DNA from: Octopus bimaculoides
Lineage: Eukaryota
Assembly (NCBI RefSeq): GCF_001194135.2
Contig: NC_068994.1
Span: forward strand, 23,109,625-23,173,624
DNA length: 64,000 nucleotides
Direction: 5' to 3'
A model generated the notes under the pieces. It had not been told where the DNA came from and did no database searches. It worked only from the letters and a program-made list of their open reading frames with translations. Position numbers and translations under genes: made by a program. Positions 1-13,089 of the stretch are shown piece after piece. The number at the start of each line of letters is the position of its first letter. The first letter of the stretch is position 1.

Positions 1-34
1 TACATACATGCATACATATACACACATACATACA

Positions 35-65
<31 letters not shown>

Positions 66-1554
66 TAATAAAACTGTTTTGCAAGATTTTCTTTTTCCGC
101 ACAATTACACATTGTTCTAATAAGGAAACTATATGAAAACTAAAATATAGTTAATCTGATATTTTAAAGTAATATTCAGTTCCTTTCATTTTCCATGGGA
201 AAGCTTGTCAAGTAATATCATTCTTTTATATATTTCAGCCCAAAGGCTGTGGCCAAGCTGGAGCACTGCCAATTAGTGATAAATGTGTTTTACTATTTAA
301 TCTTTTACTTGTTTTTGTTAGACTGAGGATATACTTGGGAACTGCCTTGAAGGGCTTAGTCAAACAAATCAACCTTAGTACTTAATTTAACTCTGGTTAA
401 CTCTTTTTTGATGCTGCTAAGTAAACTAACATTGGTTGTCAAGTGATGAGAGACACAAAGACCACATGCACATGTATATATATATATATATATTCATATG
501 CATATATACACATATATACACAAACATGAATATTTATCTATACACATATATATGCAGTTTACATCAACCAAATTAACTCACAAAACATTGCTCAACCTGG
601 GGCTATAGTTGTTGATTAAAGAGCTATTCAAAGGGACTTAGGCTGAAAGTGAACTTAACCACACTGCCATATCTGTACTAATAGCTGTTTCAATTGTTGA
701 ATTCTTACAGTCTGTGGTGTTTGAGACATTTGGAGGGGCTGGGCTACTAACAGTGATGTTCTTGTCATCGTTGGTGGCTCACCTTACTGAAGCGTCAGGT
801 GATGCCTGTGAGGGTACTTGGCTGTTCCAACACCTTTGCCTCACCCATTGCATGCTGTAATGCCATGAGCATGTTGGCTTACTTCAGTAGGTTCTGTTGA
901 GGCATTTGATGTTGAATTGATGTTTTTTTTCTTTCTTTCTTCCTCCTTTTTCTTTTTTTCTTTCTTCTTTCATGTTTGTGTTTCCTTTGGTTCTGGATTT
1001 GTATTTTAATATGGTTTTGTATTATATATGTATCCTATACATACATGTTATATATATATGTAAATAAATAATTTCAAGCCGAATCCTTATTTTGTGACGT
1101 ATCATATAAAATATATGGACATACACTTAGTAGAAGGCTGACTTCATTTAAGGATTTCCCTTTATTAAATATATTAAACACCAAGCTAACAAAGGAGCCT
1201 ATACATAGTTGTAGGATATGCTAAAAATAACAATCTTCTTAACTATGTCCTTCACTCTTAAGAAAAGCCACATTTAGTAATCTATTCTGGGATACACTAT
1301 AACTGAAAAAAATATGGAGATGGCTTGAATCATTGGCCTATTCTGGCAAGGCTGACATGGGCTAAACAACAGCAACATTAGTGTTGTTGCATTAGTTGTC
1401 ATTACCACTGCTGTCACCACCATTGCTGATACCCTCCTTGTCATCATCATCATCATCATCATCAGCAGCAGCAGTAGCAGAGCAACCATAACAACAACCA
1501 TAACAAACCCCACAATATCTCAATAATGTCAAAACTGGTTACGATCAAACTTAC

Positions 1555-1626
1555 CGCTGGATACCGTATAAGCAGATCATGGATAGTTGACACATTGTAA
1601 CTTTCTGTTGCTGTTAGAGATTTCAT
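1555..1626 (-). CDS. M13 peptidase exon E, 72 nt, phase 0-0
   Basis: MKSLTATESYNVSTIHDLLIRYPA corresponds to the YNxxTIxxL...P segment before the DW motif. Acceptor cttctttttcag|, donor GCG|gtaagt. Confidence 0.85.
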
Positions 1627-1952
1627 CTGAAAAAGAAGTCGGAAAAATATATGTAAAATATTCCATAAAGAAATCAAAGAAGAATATTATTGACATGAAT
1701 ATTGCAACATCAAATTGTTTGATGGATTCCATAATAGACTAGGATCCTTGCTCATGGAAAGCATCATTCAGGCGAATAGATGAAGTTTGTGAGAACAATA
1801 CCCCTAAGAGTGAACAGTGTTAAATATAATTAATGCATGGAACATCAAAAAGTTAATGAGAAATAATTATGTGGTGAGAAAAATACAATATTAGACATAA
1901 CTAATATCATTTTAATTATTTTGTATGTACAACTTCAGAGATGTGTGATGTA

Positions 1953-2680
1953 TGAAGTATGCTCAAAAAGCATCCAACCTTTTTTTTCCCTGCCAAAACT
2001 AATATGCATAAGCAAAATCCTTTTGGGCAGGAGGTGACACCATCCTTCCTGTGCATGCGTAAAAATTTTCACACCAGTAGGCTGTGTCAATTCCTAGCTG
2101 TTATGCCTAGAGTACAGATGTGTAGTATGCACTCATTAGATTTTTGTTTCCACTGAATACATCAAGCAGAGATATTGCATCAAGTTTTGCCAAAAGTTTG
2201 GTGATACCCAAGCTCAAGCCATCCAGAAGATTCAGCAGGCCTTTTGCAATGATGCCATGGGCAAAACTTAGATCAAGGAGTGGTACAGCTGCTTCAAACA
2301 TGGCCACACCTCAGTGGAGAGTGAGGCATGCTCAGGCAGGCCATCCACAAGCTGAAATGAGGAGCCAATTGAGAAAGTTCAGCCAATAGTCATGAAAAGC
2401 TGTCATGTAACAATCCAGGAAATTGATCACAAAGTGGGAATAAACTCAAAATCAGTGTATTCCATTTTAACAGAAAACTTATGGATGCAGAGAGTGTCAG
2501 TGAATTTGTCCCCAAGGTGCTGGTGGAGAAGCAGAAGCCACTCTGCAAGAAAATCACTCAAGACATGCTGGTCTATGAAACCACAACCTAGACTTCATGA
2601 AGACCATCATCACTGGTGATGAGACATGGGTAAAGGGTTATGATCAGGAAACCAAGTTCCAGTCCTCCCAATGGAAGCAT

Positions 2681-2725
<45 letters not shown>

Positions 2726-3310
2726 CACCAAGGCCCAAAGAAGCACAATAGGCTTTCAGCAATGAGAAGGTAATGCTGACCTGTTTCTTTGATTCCATGA
2801 TATTGTGCATCATTAATATGCACCACAAGACCAAAAAATCAATAAGGAATACTACCTGGAGGTTATACATCACCTTTGTGATGCTGTTCATTGAAAGTGA
2901 CCTGATGTGAGTGGTAAAGAATTGGCAACTTCATCACGACAGTGTGCCTGCTCATTCTGCCCATATAATCCAAGCCTTCCTGGTGAAGAACAACACACTA
3001 CTTGTTTGATAGGCTCCCTACTACCCTGACTTAGCACTGTGTGACTTTTGGCTCTTCTCTAAACTGAAAATAATGCTGAAAGGGAAGTGATTTGAGTTGC
3101 GAGAGAAAATTATGAGAAAGGTGTCAGTGAAGCTCCATAGCAATCTAGAGAAGGCTTCCCAGAAGTGTTACCAGCAGTGGCAGAACCACTGGAAGAAGTG
3201 TGTGTATTCCAAAGAGGAGTATTTTGAAGGTGATTAAATAAAATTTGTGAAATACACAATGTTGTTTTTTATTTATGCCTAAAGGTTGAATACTTTTTGA
3301 ACTCACTTTG
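1953..3310 (+). mobile_element. Near full-length decayed mariner (DD34D-type)
   Basis: Imperfect TIRs (tgaagtatgctcaaaaagcatccaacc / ggttgaatactttttgaactcactttg) flanked by TA. Frameshifted remnants: HTH, SGRPST, TGDETW, HHDSVPAH, APYYPDLALCDFWLF. A (TA)n insertion lies near 2685-2720. Confidence 0.9.
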
Positions 3311-4012
3311 TATATACTTAACAATGCTTGCAAAATTAGTGACTGGAGAATCATTAGGCAGTTATAAGAGAATGTATATGGTTGACATAGAAAACTACAA
3401 GTGTTTATAGAATAAATTATACAGAGATACCACCTGTGTAAAAGAACAATTGTTAAGCTATTGCTAACGTATTAAATGTAAGCATAATTTAGTGCTGCTG
3501 CGAAACATCAGGCAATTGAGAAGAATCTTTGTGTCAAGAGCTTAATGAATAATTTTAGTCAAAAGATGCTTGATATATTCTAACTTAATAACATTATAGC
3601 TTGAAATTAATTCCAGAGAACACAATGTGATTCATAGCACATTTAAAGTAAATTAAGAAAACATTGTGAGGTTTGTGTTAACATATTTAATGTGCTGAGC
3701 AAGATAACTTTAATTAATCAAGACTACACCTGTATCAAGGAGAGTAAACATTGTTGAACAAACAAGCAAAGGAAATTAAATAAAAAAAAGGGAACAAAAA
3801 TTATTTTGAAATGAGTTGATGTCCAGCATTCCAGTTAATTAAAATTGGAAATAGGTAATGTGATGAAGGAATGGGTGAGTTGACAGGGCAACCAGCATTC
3901 TATTAGTTGGAATTACAATGGCTGTCGTCCAAACACTTAACTCTCAGTCCACTTAGCTGTAAATATTATTCAGCAGATACATCTGTGCAGTAGATACATC
4001 TTGTAACTTTAA

Positions 4013-4169
4013 CCCTTCACCTTATATCATAACTTTTAGATTTCAAAGACATGACTGTTTATTTTTAGAATGACATTGTTGGGTAGGTGTCAGAGGCTGG
4101 ATCTGCCAGTTTGAACATAAAACAAGTAGACTATTTGGGCCAAACATAGGCTGTTTAAATGCTAAAGGG
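4013..4169. mobile_element. piggyBac-type MITE
   Basis: TTAA|CCCTT ... AAAGGG|TTAA termini; shares its 3' half with 11582-11757. Confidence 0.7.
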
Positions 4170-4921
4170 TTAAATAGCAACACTGTCAGACCATTGGCTT
4201 GCAGTTATGAGCTCACTTCCAGAAATGTTATCATAGAATGGTACACAGAGCTACTATAAACTATAGAAGATATGATATAGCCAAGTGCAGGAGTTGGTTT
4301 TTGATCTTATTGTTTTTGTAGTATATTTCTAATGTCAGCTCATGGTTTGGTGTGTGAAGCATTTTGTTTTACAAGATTTTTGATAAAACGTTTGTCTGTT
4401 CTGTACCTGGTTTGCATTAGATTCACTTAGTGTATTTTGTGTATAATATGTGTATTTTTAGTAGTAATATTGTATAATGCATTGTATTCCTGTCTATATT
4501 CATCAGTAGCTTGGTCTACTAGTCTCTTTGAATATTCATTGTTAATTAGTGTTTGTTTTTCTATGGATTTCTTTATCAATTGTTTCATTTGTGAAAGAGA
4601 ATCTAAATGCTCCAATAAGTAATGATTTTACCACTGACACTTTGTAGTTATGTGGGTATTTGCTATCTCCATGTCAGAACAGGCATTTGTGTGTCTTTTT
4701 TGTAAACTAATACAAAATATATATTGTTTGTGATCTGAATGTTTGTGTCTAGAAATGCAGTTGTATTATTATTGTTCTCCAGGTCCACCAAGTTATCTTT
4801 TGATGTGTCCATTACACCTAGTATATCATCTTACATATCTAATATATAATATATCAATGTGTATATATTTATTATTTAGTATTGTTTAGTTTTCTATTGA
4901 GTACATGTGTGTGTGTGTGTA

Positions 4922-4954
<33 letters not shown>

Positions 4955-4980
4955 TTGTGTGTGTGNNNNNNNNNNGTGTA

Positions 4981-5013
<33 letters not shown>

Positions 5014-5277
5014 TTGTGTGTGTGTGTGTGTGTGTATGTTTATATATGTATATGTATACATATATGACGATCTACCAAATTCCATTTACACAATATTAGT
5101 CAATCAAAGATATGTCTCCTAGGTGCTGTACAAAGGGATCAAACCTCTGTAACTAAATGGTTATGAAGCAAACCTCTTAACTCCAACCATATCAGCACCT
5201 ATATATATTGCACTAACTTCTACATCTCATTGGGATGGGTAAAAATGATATGTGAGACTGGGTGGCCATACAATTAC

Positions 5278-5406
5278 CTGAACAAGAGTCTTTTCCATAA
5301 GGCTGACTTCATATGCCATCTTGCTGACATTAACCGACTTCCCGATAAAAAGTTCCATTATTCTAATTGTTTCCTTTAGATATCGGTCAAAGGATTCTTT
5401 TAAATA
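5278..5406 (-). CDS. M13 peptidase exon D, 129 nt, phase 0-0
   Basis: YLKESFDRYLKETIRIMELFIGKSVNVSKMAYEVSLMEKTLVQ aligns by eye to the Y-x-x-Y-M...E-x-x-L-A helix of ECE/NEP. Acceptor tttttcag|, donor CAG|gtaatt. Confidence 0.87.
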
Positions 5407-7231
5407 CTGAAAAATTCAAAATTGACAAAAAAGAATTACTCTTAGATCTATACTCCCAGCTGATGGCACAATTTATTTAAAATTTTTTAGGATGTGTTAG
5501 AATGTCAATTGACAGGTCACAGAGACAAGCAGACTTAATTGAGTTTAAATTCAAATAAAAGTGAGAAAAAAAAGGAAAAAGATTCTTGTGATACTTAATA
5601 AGGGGGAAGGGACTAAAATGTCACAAGTATTTTCATTTTATTTATTCAATTCTAAGAAAAAAAAAGAAAGAAAGAAAGGAGACCCATTCCTCTTTCCAAT
5701 GAGTTGAATTATTACATGCATTCAGATAGTTACAGTTATTTAATTCGACTACATATTTTACAGAGTATTTTGGCAGAAAAGATTTCCTAGATACATGAAG
5801 GTATGTGTATATAACACAACCAACAGGTGTAGAAATTCAGTATCTCTTTATTCCTTAGCAAGCTCAGGATGATTAAATGTTTAACCAAAGTGAGTAACCT
5901 TCATTTATATTTCTGCAAATTAATGCAGTAATCAGCTTTAATTTCTTCCCTATTTTAACATCACCTTCTGTTCACCAGCCCAGTCTTGCATAATCTTTTA
6001 GATAAAATTTCTCCCTGTTTTCTCTACTTAGTATACTTTTTCACTCTAGTTCATATTTTCTATCTTTCATCTTCCATTGACATCATCAACAAAGACACTC
6101 AACTTCTCTGATGGAAAGTTTCACTTTTTAACACTTTCAAGATCACCTGTAGTCTCTACAATAAGGGTGCTCTACATAGTCACTTAACTTGTTAGAAATA
6201 ATAGCAAAATTCCCTCAAATCACACCTTGCCAACTTAAAAGGCAGGAATGTCATTGATCATAGATATATTTGATCAGGGGTGACTTAGGATTAAACAACA
6301 ACATATGTAGATAACAATATTTTTTTACAATGCACAGAACTAATTTTGCTCTGAGATGTGATATCTAAGACAGCATCAAAATTTTGCTAAAATCATAATA
6401 TTTTAGCAAAATTAAAAGGATGAGATACAACACAAGCGATAATAACACTCAGAACCACAGGCCACCATCTCTAGGCTACAACTAATAAATTTGGTGGTTA
6501 ATAAACCATCAGTAGAAGATTTTTCTACCCATTTTCTTGTAATTGGGAGATACAGGAATTAAGAATATACTGGAATTTACAGTATCTATAGTGTCAGTCT
6601 GGGGCTGAAGTCCACATGTTTGCTACTCAAAATGGAAACATTAAACTTGCTAAAGCGGTATGACAGAATATTTTATGATAGCAACTCGCCTATGACCAAT
6701 TCTGGTTTTAACCCTTCAATAATAATTTTATGCAGAATTTTGTTATACCTCAAATGCCAGCTTAATGATGATAAAGTTAGTAATTTTATTAAATTCCTCC
6801 ATATTTGAGATATTTTTCAGAATATTTTGTATGGAGTACAATCAAGATAGAGTTTGCATATTTATATCATGTATTAAAATGAAATGAAAAAAGAGTAATT
6901 TCATTTGGGAAAAATACAAATTAATAGACTGTACAAAATATAAATAATATTGGCTTCAAATTTTGGCACAAGGCCAGGAATTTTGGGGAAGGAGTTAAGT
7001 CAATGACATCAACCCCAGAGCTCAACTGGTACTTATGTTAGCAATCCCGAAAGGATGAAAGGCAAAGTGGACCTCAGCAGAATTTGAACTCAGAATGTAG
7101 AGATGGTATGCTAATAATTCTGCCAGCTAACCACCTTAAGATATTATAAATAATACTAGAAGTTCTTGATATTAAAGTTTATCATAAAAATACACAGAAG
7201 TACAAATAATGTCCTAAAAAATAATATTTAC

Positions 7232-7327
7232 CTGAGAATAGAGCTGCCCATGGAGTGATGTTTCATTGCCTTGATTGCTTGATAATGGATGTCTGTGTGA
7301 ATCAAGGAAATTACTCCCAATTCCAAT
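7232..7327 (-). CDS. M13 peptidase exon C, 96 nt, phase 0-0 (divergent)
   Basis: Open frame IGIGSNFLDSHRHPLSSNQGNETSLHGQLYSQ between tctttattaacag| and CAG|gtaaat. It occupies the position of the DQxGLGLPxRDYY exon; direct similarity is weak, so support is splice signals, phase and position. Confidence 0.72.
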
Positions 7328-7404
7328 CTGTTAATAAAGATCATATGTTATAAAAAACGAATCTCATTTAAATACCTATGTGTGTGTTCTGAACGAACAA
7401 GAAA

Positions 7405-7830
7405 GCCCCTATGTGGTCACCCAATCTGTCAGAAATAAAAATCAAACTCTTTTTCAAATGACATCTGCTGTCTTAAAAAAGACACGTTGGATAATGTTAT
7501 CTTAGACACAGTGTGTCTATAAAGCAAAACACACAGGATGATCACAGCTGGAATGCCTTCTGATTAATGGTTGGCTTGATTAGCACTTGACTTTGGGATA
7601 AACAACATCATGTTGTTGTTGCCTCTATGCTGCTGTTCAACTGACTAAAAAGTAGCAGCTAAATTCCCTTAAATTACCCCATACTGCCTTAGAAAAGAAG
7701 GTAATATTGTGTAATGTGACATGGATGCATACATTATGGTTAGGAAAAGACATGATAGTCATGATTAGAATATCTTTGGTCATAGATCAGTGAGGCCAGG
7801 GCTGACCTGGGGTTAAATTATAACAGCATC
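7405..7830 (+). mobile_element. Two tandem copies of interspersed repeat family E
   Basis: aaat(c)tccctcaaatcacacc...ggataatg...ctggaatgcc...ggggctaaacaacaac. Also at 6160-6305, 22325-22495, 31095-31205. Confidence 0.7.
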
Positions 7831-8199
7831 AACAATGGCAACAACAACCTACTTACCTATCAACTATACACTTGGTAATGTATTTATTTTCCAAAATGTT
7901 CACACACCTACCAATGTGTCTTTGTTAATTTATGTGTCTAGTCATTCAGTCTTAGTAACCATTAGACTCATCTTTTATCTTTTACCTTCTACTTGTTTCA
8001 GCCATTAGATTGTGGAATTGCTGTATTTTAGTCGAACAAATCAACCCCAGTACTTACATTTTTTGAAACCTGGTACTTATTGCTTTGGTCTCTTTTGAAG
8101 AACCACTAAGTTATGGGGGTGTAAACACACCTACATCGGTTATCAAGCAATGGTGGGGGACAAACACTGACACAAAAGATGTTTCTAAGCTTTCATAAA

Positions 8200-11100
8200 T
8201 TTGTGTTGGTTTACCAATTATAAAGTTTTACATCTATAGCATAATTTTCCACTTGAATTATCTTAATTGTTTTATATTCACACAGACCGTTTGACAGATT
8301 TCTACTTATGTTCATTCTGAGTAATCTTATCATGAACAAGATTTAGTTGATCATCTTGTGATCTGACCTCACCAATTCTGCCTATGATTTTTTTGACTTC
8401 CCCAGTCATAGGCCTCTTTCACTATTATCTCCTTACACATTTTTCTCAGTATTTATTGACCATTTCTAGCACATATTTAAGCTGCTGCAGTAATCTCTTC
8501 TGTATATCATGGCTGATACATTTTAAGCTAAGTCAATCCCTCAGCTCACTGTGTCTGCTTTTCATACAGGTTAATATTGCACATACAGTAGATCATGCCT
8601 AACTATTTGTTTTTCACTCTGGCTTTCTTGCATATTCAGTGCTCATATCACAAAACCATGCAGCATCATACTTTCTACAAATTCTTTAAACACTCTATCA
8701 TAACCAGAAATTCTTTATCACTTTATCAAGAGAAGCAGCAGTTCCCTGAAATTCTTCTACCCCATCTTTACCTTGCTACTTTGCACAAACTGACTACACA
8801 AAAGTTATAATTGTTGAGTACTCAATTATTTGTGCTATGTAACAAATTTCCTTCTACTTTTTTTTATATGTAGAATTAAGCAATTTCCCAGAGATATTAG
8901 AATTTATGTTGCTAGGCACTTTTTTACTAAGATCACTTTTGTATGATTGGAATTTTTTGTAGCTCTTCTACAGATTCAGCAATGAGAATACTGTTATCAG
9001 CTTATAAGAGTTCTCTTGCACAACAGTACTGATTGCTGTGCTACAGCCTCATATACCTTATGATTTGAGTAAATAACTGGATCTTCAACTGTAAAAGCTG
9101 CATTCTAAAAAGAAAGCAAACACTTGATCTGTAATGTGGAATAAAAGCAAATAACGATTCAGTGAAAATATGCAATCAATCTGATATTCAAGTAATCAAT
9201 CTGCTTTATATGCTAGGAGGAAGAAACTGAATATTAAGACTCATAAATTAAGAAGATGAAAAGTTGGCTCTAATAAAACATAAGCAAAGAAATGTTTTCA
9301 TCTGAGATCTAACTAAAAATCTGTAAACAATGACTAAATTGATCCAATAAAACCAAATAACATGATGTGCAATATCACATGTGTAATCTAACATGAGAGG
9401 CATAAAATAAAATAGCGTATCTGCAATGCATTCTTATGAAGAGAATATTAACCAAACTGACTAAGAGAATGTGTATTTAGAAATAACGATATTAATGCAT
9501 AGTATAGAATTCAAGAACATATTGATATTGCTAAAATAATTTTTCAGAGGAAATTGCAATATTAATGAAGACAGTATTTGGGAATTTAGTGGTGTTAATT
9601 CTGATCTTTGTAAACCTGTTATAAATGCAGATAATTTAGTATCCCTTAATTATTTTAACTTCTTTCTTGTTTCTTTCAGGATTGTATATATGATGGGTGT
9701 TTGGATGGGTTTTGATCATTGTGGTTTAAGTTTGCTTTTTAGCTACGTGCTTTTGTGTTCAATCCCCTTGTGCAGCATCTTGATCAAATGTCTTCAAGTC
9801 TTCTACAACAGACTTGGGTTCATCAAAGTCTTGTAAGGGTAATTTGAGAGATGGAGACTGTGGAAACCAGTCAAAATAACCTTCTTATTCTTGTGAGATA
9901 GAGTTAATTAGTCATTTGGCATTACAATCCCACTTGCCCCTGAATCCATTAGCAGAGTCCATTCTGTTGCAAATATTTGGATCAGGTCTCCACTCTAAAG
10001 ATAATTTCATTCCATCCTCCTACCAGTCTTGGAGGCCTCGAAAAGGGTCAATGGTACTCTGCTCTGGCTCCTATGACTAAAACATGTATATCATTATGTG
10101 AGACTCCCCGAAGAATGTCACATCTCTAAGCAAACTCTTTCACCAACGACCAGTCTTTTACCACTAACTAGATTAACTAACAAATAAAACAAGATAAGAA
10201 ATTTGGTCAAACTACTTTTGTATTAAATTCTTCCTTGAATTTGCTGAGAACCATAACTTTATTTACAGCCTCTACTCACTATTTTACATAGCTTCAAGTG
10301 ATCTCACCAGTTATTTATCTGTACATTGCTTTCTTTGGTTTCAGAGAGTAGAATGCTGTCCAAAATCTTTTTTTGGTTGAGAACTTTTTTCTTGAAGCAA
10401 TAACTTCTCTTGCAGGTGAGAAAAGTGCATTTCAGAATTACTAGTACAAAGACAAATGCGCCAAAGGGAGATTGTATGTTAATGCTTGAGGTATTAACAA
10501 ACAAATATCCTTGAAAATTACATCTTACTATTTAAAAAAATGGATGTATACAGTGAATAATGCTTACAATTCTTCCCAATCAGTGTTGAATAGTGATTAA
10601 GCATCTGTAACAACAGCCCAGATTGCATTTTATTCTTATCATGCTCTAACTTGCTAAAATGTTATCAATGACTTTCAAAACTTATTTCAACTGTTTGTAA
10701 CTTCTATAATTGCCTTTCGTTAGTGCTAATTCTTTTCCTTTAACCAATTGATGATACTTGTACTCCAGTCATTAGAGATAACACTTTCTTACACCATTGC
10801 ATTAATTAGACAAGTATTGAATGTATGAATTATATATCTTCGTGTCATCAAAAGATCAGCATAATCTTCATCGGACTTGTTGCTTTCCTTGCTTTCATTT
10901 CCTTAGTAGCCTTGATAGCTAACTTGATAGATGACCACTCTTTTGGTTTTATATAGATTAGTCTCTTGCCATGCTGTTCAAAATTCTCATTCAACAGTCT
11001 CTTATTTTTACTTGTATACCTTTTTCTTTTTCTCATTACTGAGAGTAAGTGTACTATTGTCATAGCAGGCAAATTTTTCTTAATGGCATCTTACTTCATA

Positions 11101-11300
11101 CGAGTGCATTGCTTAGCAATTTGAAACCTTTACCTCAGAATACAGAGCATTACTGAATAGCTGATTCTTAGCTTTTATCTAGGCTAAATATATCCAATGC
11201 CTTGCTACTTTGATATTGCTTGTGAAACCTGCTTTCTTTCACTGCTTCTGAGCCTAAAGCCCTATCCACAAATAATGCCATAAGCATGTTATAGAATGAC
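8200..11300 (-). mobile_element. Old RTE-clade LINE RT region, split by an insertion at ~9061-10195
   Basis: Collinear degenerate motifs: EMKARKATSP (GKAxGPD), ISNDWSTSII, LQEK, LVRSLEAM, EEFNTKVV (10200-11300). Then EAVA..ELL-ADNSILIAESVEEL (YADD), NFRELLLLL, VESMMLHG (8200-9060). Confidence 0.7.
9061..9656 (+). repeat. ~595-bp direct repeat, copy 1
   Basis: Aligns directly to 16930-17524; about 4 mismatches in the first ~310 bp by eye. Confidence 0.97.
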
Positions 11301-11581
11301 ACATAATTCTAAGTAAGGTAAGCATATAAAACCAAATTGCTTATATCTTTTGATTATTAGTACAATGTATTTTTCCTTAAATATTTTTATCATTGAAACA
11401 TTATTATAGAGAATATCTTCTTGTTTTTAGATTAAGGAGCAATGTTTCAAAAACAAGTTCTATCAGAGGACAGTAGTTATTGAGCTGTATTTGTTTTAAG
11501 TGTAACAAATCACAGCCATAAATTATTTGACTTATTAACCACAGATGTTTCCACATACAAATCTAAATTTCATATGATTAA

Positions 11582-11757
11582 CCCTTTATCGTTCAGATTA
11601 CTCTAACAAATGTAAGTTTTATTTATTCTCATTGTTTTGAATTAGTTATGCATTATCTTGTAGCTTTGAGATTTCAATAACGTTATTGCTTATTTTTAGT
11701 ATAACATTGTAGGGTATGTGAGAGAGCCTGGATACGGCCAGTTTAAATGCTAAAGGG
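11582..11757. mobile_element. piggyBac-type MITE
   Basis: TTAA|CCCTTT ... GCTAAAGGG|TTAA; second copy of the family at 4013-4169. Confidence 0.75.
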
Positions 11758-11895
11758 TTAAATTTCTCTTTCAAATGAATGGCTACTAATGTCACAATGT
11801 CATTAATCATAGTGGAATATAAATAAAATACCATCAGATGTTTAAGAAATGCAACAGTAAAATGGAAAGAAAAAAGCAACAATGCAATGTATTAC

Positions 11896-12191
11896 CTTGA
11901 ATATATTCCTTGACAGATCCATTTCATCAACGTCAACTGTGATTCGAAATAGAGGCCATATGTCCAGGAGATGTATCTCAAGTAAAACAGACTCAAATGT
12001 CCACTCGGGATATAAAATTGTATTGTTGGTGGCATTTTTTAAACTCCAGCCACCAACTTTATGGATAAGTTTTCTTAAAGAGTCAAGTGTTTTTTTCCGG
12101 ATATCTTGTTTGAAGCCATCACTCTCCAAAAGGCAGGAATTATAAAAGTTTTTTACTTTTTGTTCTAGAGGCCCGATCAACTGTAAATTTT
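11896..12191 (-). CDS. M13 peptidase exon B, 296 nt, phase 1-0
   Basis: (E)NLQLIGPLEQKVKNFYNSCL...IHKVGGWSL...WTFESVLLEIH...LFRITVDVDEMDLSRNIFK matches the KxxxxYxSC, GGW and D-D-x-x-N-I motifs. Acceptor ttcattcag|AA joins exon A in frame (G+AA=Glu); donor AAG|gtaata. Confidence 0.93.
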
Positions 12192-12231
12192 CTGAATGAA
12201 ATAAATATTTGAAATATATGAACTGAATAAC

Positions 12232-12445
12232 AATGAATGAATGAATGACTGAATGAATGAATGAATGAATGACTGAATGAATGAATGAATGAATGAATAC
12301 ATGTATGTATGTATGTATGAATGTATGTATGTATGTATGTATGTATGAATGAATGTATGTGTGTGTGTATGTATGTATTATGTATGTGTGCATGTATGCA
12401 AGCATGTATGTATGTGTGTTTGTATATGTATGTATGCATGTATGT
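12232..12445. repeat. Compound (ATGA)n/(ATGT)n microsatellite just upstream of the exon B acceptor
   Basis: Directly visible. Confidence 0.95.
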
Positions 12446-13089
12446 AACCATGTTCAAATACTAGATTAACCATCAATTTCACTACAACTGTCGATTTCAC
12501 CATCTTTTCAGATTATCAAGTAATGATATTAATCTATCTTTATTATAGAATGAAGGTAAGCTGGTAAGCAGGCAGAATCGTTAGCATGCTTCACAGTATT
12601 TGGTCCGTCTTTATGTTCTAAGTTCAAACTCCGCCAAAGTTGACTTTGCCTTTCATCCTTTTGGGGTGGATAAATTAAGTACCAGTGAAATATTGGGGTT
12701 GATGTAATAGCCCTTTCTCTTGAATTTCAGGCCTTGTACCTGTAGTAGAAAGAATTATAGAGTGAAGGCAGATTAAAGTCATTGCCAGATGATGGAACTG
12801 AGACTTTGATCTTGGAATATAAGAGGCACAGATAAATTATCATTTCTATCACTGAACAACAATGACAATGATGATGATAACATTGGTCTTTTGTCTTTGG
12901 GGAATCAAATGAAGGAGACACTACAAAGACAGATAATATAAAGTGGCGACAGAGGCAGGGCAGTTTTCTCAAAAATTGAGTCAGGAAAAACAGCAAATGA
13001 AATCAAATTTATTTATAGTATAGAAATAAATGGTGAAACAGTTCTTCTGATAAAGGGGTGTCTCTAACCAGGATCAATAAAAAAAAACA

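Noticed and set aside
610-910. GC-richer segment that looks like an interspersed repeat
   Set aside because: Single copy here, with no coding or terminal signature that I can support.
4427-4622. Overlapping ORFs possibly from a Penelope-like element
   Set aside because: No RT or GIY-YIG motif and no second copy in the window.
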